Source: Pedosphaera sp.
Lineage (GTDB): Bacteria > Verrucomicrobiota > Verrucomicrobiia > Limisphaerales > SIBH01
NCBI GenBank assembly: GCA_031414955.1
Contig: JANOQV010000142.1
Location: 1 to 43,393 of the forward strand
DNA length: 43,393 nucleotides
Direction: 5' to 3'
Under the pieces are notes generated by a model. It worked only from the letters and a program-made list of their open reading frames with translations, did no database searches and was not told the DNA's origin. Position 1 is the stretch's first letter. Every line of letters starts with the position of its first letter. Position numbers and translations under genes: made by a program. Positions 39,003 through 43,393 of the stretch are shown here, in pieces.

Positions 39003-40433
39003 ATGAAAGAACTCAGCGCGCCCTCGGCTTGTCCGGGTTTCAATGCCTTGCGTCACTCGCGCCGTCATGCGCTCAAGGTCGGCGGACTGGGCCTGCTGGG
39101 TTTGACCATGCCGAACCTGCTCAAGGCCGCAGCCGCCACCCCAGACCCCAGACGCCAAACCCGAAACCCCATTCGCGCGCGGGCGAAGTCCGTCATCTTC
39201 CTCTTCCAATACGGCGGCCCGAGCCACGTCGATATGTTCGACATGAAACCGAATGCGCCCGAAGGCATTCGCGGTCCGTACAAGCCCATCTCGTCAAACG
39301 CCGACGGCATCCAAGTGTGCGAGAAACTGCCCAGGACGGCGAAGGTCATGGACAAGGTCACGCTCATCCGGTCCATGACGCACACGATGAAGAACCACAA
39401 CTCGGCGGGCTATTACGCGCTGACCGGCCACGCGCCGCCGAGCGACGACCAGCGCCTGCGCGATTCGTTCGAGTTGTTCCCTGGCTACGGTTCCATCGTG
39501 GACAAGCTCGCGCCACTGAAGGGCGCGGAGATGCCGACCTACGTGTCGTATCCCTACGTGATTCGCGATGGGTCGATCACGCCGGGGCAGCACGCGAGCT
39601 TTCTCGGCAAGGAGCACGACCCGTTTTTTTTCACGAACGATCCGAACGCGCCGGACTTCGCACTGCCGGAGTTGAGCCTGCCGTCGAACTTGAGTTACGA
39701 GCGGTTGGAAAGCCGGCGCGAGTTGCAGAAGATCGTGGATGCGCAGTCGCGGTTGCTCGACCACTCGGCGGCGGCGAAGGGGCTGGATGCGTATTACGAC
39801 AAGGCGCTGGGGATGTTGAACTCCACCAGGCTGCGCAATGCCTTCAATCTCAGTGCGGAGCCAGCGAAGGTGCGCGAGTCGTACGGCCGCTCGACCTACG
39901 GGCAAAGCTGCCTGCTGGCCCGGCGGCTCATCGAGGCGGGATCGAAGTTCGTCACCGTGTATTTCTCGGACAGCATCGGCGGGCAGAGCACGACCAGCGG
40001 CGGGTGGGACACGCACGGGTTCAACAACACGCGCATGTATCCGATCATCGAGAAGTATCACCTGCCCATCCACGAGCAGACGCTGCCCACGCTGCTCACG
40101 GACCTCGACGAGCGCGGGATGCTCGAGGACACGCTGGTGGTGTGGATGGGTGAATTCGGGCGCACGCCAAAGATCAACGAGAACGTCAGCCGCGACCACT
40201 GGCCGCAGTGTTACACCACGCTGCTGGCCGGTGGTGGCGTGAAGAAGGGTTTCGTGTACGGCGAGTCGGACAAGAAGGGCGAGTATCCGGCCAAAGACCC
40301 GGTGAAGCCCGACGATCTGGCCGCGACGATTTATCACCTGCTCGGCATCGACCCGCACACGGAGATCAAGAACGCCGTCAACCGCCCCGTGCTCATCAGC
40401 GACGGCCGGCCAGTGATGGGAGTGATCGCGTAA
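39003..40433 (+). CDS. DUF1501 domain-containing protein
   Basis: SRRHALKVGGLG leader, AKSVIFLFQYGGPSHVDMFDMKP, YGQSCLLARRLIEAG, GWDTH, WMGEFGRTPKIN, RDHWP, LAGGG, ATIYHLLGIDP. Confidence 0.95.
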   Translation: MKELSAPSACPGFNALRHSRRHALKVGGLGLLGLTMPNLLKAAAATPDPRRQTRNPIRARAKSVIFLFQYGGPSHVDMFDMKPNAPEGIRGPYKPISSNADGIQVCEKLPRTAKVMDKVTLIRSMTHTMKNHNSAGYYALTGHAPPSDDQRLRDSFELFPGYGSIVDKLAPLKGAEMPTYVSYPYVIRDGSITPGQHASFLGKEHDPFFFTNDPNAPDFALPELSLPSNLSYERLESRRELQKIVDAQSRLLDHSAAAKGLDAYYDKALGMLNSTRLRNAFNLSAEPAKVRESYGRSTYGQSCLLARRLIEAGSKFVTVYFSDSIGGQSTTSGGWDTHGFNNTRMYPIIEKYHLPIHEQTLPTLLTDLDERGMLEDTLVVWMGEFGRTPKINENVSRDHWPQCYTTLLAGGGVKKGFVYGESDKKGEYPAKDPVKPDDLAATIYHLLGIDPHTEIKNAVNRPVLISDGRPVMGVIA

Positions 40434-42076
40434 TGGCCGGTTCCTCGCAGGTCGCCCGGCCGCGCAGTTCTGTCACCGTCGGGCGGTGCTGGTGGACGGG
40501 CGTGATCGGATTGAGTGTGCTCACCCGCCTCTCGCTGGTCGCCGCCCCGGAGATCGATTCCATTTCGCCCTTGGGCATCCGTCCGGGCGTGCCCACGGAA
40601 ATCACGCTGAGGGGCCGCGAGCTTGCCGATGCGCACCAGCTCTGGACGAGTTTTCCCGCCAGGGTGGAGCGAATCGGCGAAGGGCGCTTCCGCATCACCC
40701 CGGACGCGGCGGTCGGTCCCGGGCTGCTGCGGGCCTACGGATCCAATGGCGTTTCCAATCCGACCTTCCTCCTGGTGGATGACTTGCCGACGGTGGTGGG
40801 CGCGAAGACAAACCACACGCTCGCCTCAGCTCAACCGGTCGCCTTCGGTCGCGCGGTGGAAGGCGTCGGTCCGGAACTGGGCTTCGCCTGGTTCAAGCTA
40901 CGGTTGAGCAAGGGGCAGCGCGTCTCCTTGGAAGTGGTGGCCGCGCGGCTCGGCTCGAAACTGGACGCCGTGCTGCGGGTGGTAAACGCGTCCGGTCGCG
41001 AAGTCGCGCGCAACGACGATGCTCCGGGGCTTTTTGGCGACAGTCATGTGAGCCTGACGGCCGCGGGCAGCGGCGATTACTTCGTCGAATTGCGCGATGT
41101 GAACTATGGCGGTGGGCCGGCCTTTTTCTACCGGTTGCGCATCGGAGATTTCCCCCTGGTTACCGCAGCCTTTCCGGCGACGGCAGAGCAGGGGAGGGCG
41201 ACCACTTTTCAACTGGCTGGTCCCGGCGGCGAGGTCGGGCGGGTGAAAGCCAAGATCCTGACCGACTCTCCGACCGTGCGGCTTGCGATCCAAGGGCGCG
41301 AAGGCTCCGCGTTCGCGCGCGCCATTCCACGGCGTACCAGGGAGGTGGTGGAGAAGGAACCCAACGAGGTGCGGGCGAATCCATTTGACCTCGCCGCAGG
41401 CATCAACGGCCGGTTTGACCAGGCGGGGGATCGCGATAGTTACGAATTCACCGCGCGCCAGGGGGAGCGGATCGAGTTCCGCGCTGCCACGCGCAGTCTC
41501 GGTTCCGCCTGTGATGCGGTGCTCACGCTGGAGTCCGCGCGCGGGAAACGGCTGGAGCGTTCCAATCCGTCCGCGGCGGATGAAGGTGTGCTGGCTTATT
41601 CGATCCCGAGCAACGGAACCTACCGGCTGGTGGTTGAGGAAGGGGCGGGCGCGTTTGGGCCGCATCTGGTTTATCACGTCGCGGCGCGACCGGGGGGCCT
41701 CGCCCTGACCCTCGAAACGGAGCATGTGAGCGCCGCGCCGGGGAAGTCATTTGATCTGAAAATTTCCGCCGGACGCGGGGAATTCAAGGGAGCCATCACC
41801 CTGGCCGTGGCTGGCCCCGCCGGACCGTTGATGCTCACCAACCACATCCTGGCGGAAGGGAAGAGCAACGTGACGATGAAAGTGACGGTGCCGGAATCTT
41901 TCGCGCCGGGCACGTTGCACGAACTGACGGTGCGCGGCACGGCCCGTCGCCAGGGGAAGGACGTGAGTGTGCCAGTGAGCACGGCTCCGGCCTGGCGCCG
42001 GCACTTGCCATTGATGCTGCACGCGCCGCCGGAATTCGAGGGAGTGCTGGTGCTGGGAGTCACGCGGACGAAGTGA
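40433..42076 (+). CDS. Exported PPC (pre-peptidase C-terminal) domain protein, DUF1501 partner
   Basis: Signal-like region, P.G.RPG Ig-like start, two PPC-like repeats (AARLGSKLDAVL..NDD; EKEPN..INGRF..GDRD; TRSLGSACDAVL); TAATG coupling to DUF1501. Confidence 0.85.
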   Translation: MAGSSQVARPRSSVTVGRCWWTGVIGLSVLTRLSLVAAPEIDSISPLGIRPGVPTEITLRGRELADAHQLWTSFPARVERIGEGRFRITPDAAVGPGLLRAYGSNGVSNPTFLLVDDLPTVVGAKTNHTLASAQPVAFGRAVEGVGPELGFAWFKLRLSKGQRVSLEVVAARLGSKLDAVLRVVNASGREVARNDDAPGLFGDSHVSLTAAGSGDYFVELRDVNYGGGPAFFYRLRIGDFPLVTAAFPATAEQGRATTFQLAGPGGEVGRVKAKILTDSPTVRLAIQGREGSAFARAIPRRTREVVEKEPNEVRANPFDLAAGINGRFDQAGDRDSYEFTARQGERIEFRAATRSLGSACDAVLTLESARGKRLERSNPSAADEGVLAYSIPSNGTYRLVVEEGAGAFGPHLVYHVAARPGGLALTLETEHVSAAPGKSFDLKISAGRGEFKGAITLAVAGPAGPLMLTNHILAEGKSNVTMKVTVPESFAPGTLHELTVRGTARRQGKDVSVPVSTAPAWRRHLPLMLHAPPEFEGVLVLGVTRTK

Positions 42077-42231
42077 ATGGTGGCCACTTGACGCGCTGGC
42101 CAGTCCGAGGATGCAGCGGTTCAGCCCCAGGTCGGGAAGCCGCTCCGTTGCAACAGCCCGATGCGCCCAAATTACACCTGAAGCTGCGTCCGGGCTTGTG
42201 ACCCAGTGTCGGCACTGGTTACGCTGGCGGC

Positions 42232-43251
42232 ATGGAAACAGCCGGGTGGATCAATCTCAGCGACGAGGAGTTGCTGGAGAAGAGGATTGCCCAACTCGGT
42301 CTCACGCTGGCTGGCAGTGAGATTGAGCCGCTCATCAAACAACTCTACGAGGAACTTTCCCAGAAGGGGCTGGCCTTTCATCCGCCTTGTCACATCGGGG
42401 ATGAATGGTTTGTGCCCGTGGGCATCCCGGCCATCTTTGTGCCGTTCTTCCTCGTGCAGGAAAGGCTGCGCAAGCTGGAGCGCAGGATGATCCTCGAAGT
42501 GGAAGGGGAGACTGCGGAGTGGTTTCTGCGCCTGATGCGCCACGAAGCGGCCCACGCCTACGCTTACGCCTTTCAGCTCTACCGAAAGAAGAAGTGGCAG
42601 CAGACCTTCGGACTTACTTCGACCGAGGAGACGCCGCAGTTTTACCGCCCGCGCCCCTACAGCCGTTCTTACGTGGTGCATCTCGACGACTGGTATGCGC
42701 AGAGCCATCCCGACGAGGATTTTGCCGAAACCTTCGCGGTGTGGCTGACGCCGGGACTTGATTGGCGCGAGCGTTACAAGGGATGGAAAGCGTTGCAGAA
42801 GCTGGAGTATCTCGACGAGCTGATGCGCTCGCTGGCCGGGAAAGCGCCGACGCATCAGCCCGAATACCGCGCGGCCGATCACGACTGCCTCAACATCAAG
42901 CTCAAGACCTATTACACGCGCAAGCGGAAGCTCTTCGAGGATTCGTATCCTGACTTCTACGACAATGACCTGAAGCAGCTCTTTGCCGCCGGCCCAGAAG
43001 TCGCGGATCGCTTGAAAGCCTCGGCATATTTGAAGCAGCGGCGGCGGCAGTTGCGGGATTCCGTCTGCCAGTGGACCAACGAGAAGAAGTTCAGCATCAA
43101 CAAGCTGCTGGTCCGGCTCATCGAGCGATGTGATCAGCTCGACCTGCACATCAAGCACGACGACGCGCAGCAGAACCTGCAATTGTCGGCCTACATCACC
43201 ACCCTGGTGATGAACCATCTCTTCACCGGCAAATTCAAACGCACGAAATGA
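42232..43251 (+). CDS. Putative zinc-binding metallopeptidase
   Basis: LMRHEAAHA (HExxH) and YAQSHPDEDFAETFAVWLTP motifs. Confidence 0.88.
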   Translation: METAGWINLSDEELLEKRIAQLGLTLAGSEIEPLIKQLYEELSQKGLAFHPPCHIGDEWFVPVGIPAIFVPFFLVQERLRKLERRMILEVEGETAEWFLRLMRHEAAHAYAYAFQLYRKKKWQQTFGLTSTEETPQFYRPRPYSRSYVVHLDDWYAQSHPDEDFAETFAVWLTPGLDWRERYKGWKALQKLEYLDELMRSLAGKAPTHQPEYRAADHDCLNIKLKTYYTRKRKLFEDSYPDFYDNDLKQLFAAGPEVADRLKASAYLKQRRRQLRDSVCQWTNEKKFSINKLLVRLIERCDQLDLHIKHDDAQQNLQLSAYITTLVMNHLFTGKFKRTK

Positions 43252-43393
43252 AACGCCACTCAGACACGCTGCCCATCCCTGAATCGGAGCGCGACGCACC
43301 GACGTCGCCTGGCGGCCCCATGGTCGAGAACGGGTTTGAGCCTGGTGATGCGGCCACCGCCGCGAGCGCGCCTCACGCGACGTCGGTGCGTCG
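43248..43393 (+). CDS. Possible 5' end of the next gene (truncated), running through a palindromic element
   Basis: ATGA overlap with the peptidase stop; frame is open to the window end. Confidence 0.35.
   Translation, partial: MKRHSDTLPIPESERDAPTSPGGPMVENGFEPGDAATAASAPHATSVR
43286..43393. repeat. GGAG-type REP doublet truncated by the window edge
   Basis: GGAG-C-GCGACG-CACCGA-CGTCGC left unit; perfect 17-bp inverted repeat 43292-43308 / 43377-43393. Confidence 0.8.

Overview
GC-rich bacterial chromosomal window. The gene content (DUF1501 plus PPC protein, Ser/Thr kinase-WD40 receptor, DUF58/BatA, CcsA/ResB triplet) suggests the PVC group, most likely Verrucomicrobiota; this is inference. 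The backbone is housekeeping: secA, an MFS transporter, lemA with an M48 peptidase, system II cytochrome c biogenesis, rho, recF, an SpmA/B fusion, purK, a redoxin, a ROK kinase, an RluA-family synthase, a SurA/PpiD-like chaperone, a two-component pair, a TPR protein, vWA/DUF58, DUF1501 and a Zn-peptidase. No rRNA, tRNA, CRISPR array, transposase, integrase or reverse transcriptase was recognised. The most unusual region is 16.5-21.8 kb. It holds a membrane Ser/Thr kinase whose WD40 propeller is compositionally foreign and whose kinase domain carries an in-frame REP-like palindrome. Its 3' tail recurs downstream as three diverged, overlapping fragments in reversed order (C', B', A'). Each fragment is preceded by an inserted module: two large palindromic elements and a small toxin-antitoxin-like pair whose second gene has AGG where a start codon is expected. 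The window also holds many sequence-distinct GTAG/GGAG REP(IN)-like palindromes and heptamer/nonamer hairpin elements, one bracketed by a perfect 24-bp direct repeat. Family assignments come from motif recognition only; no database search was run.
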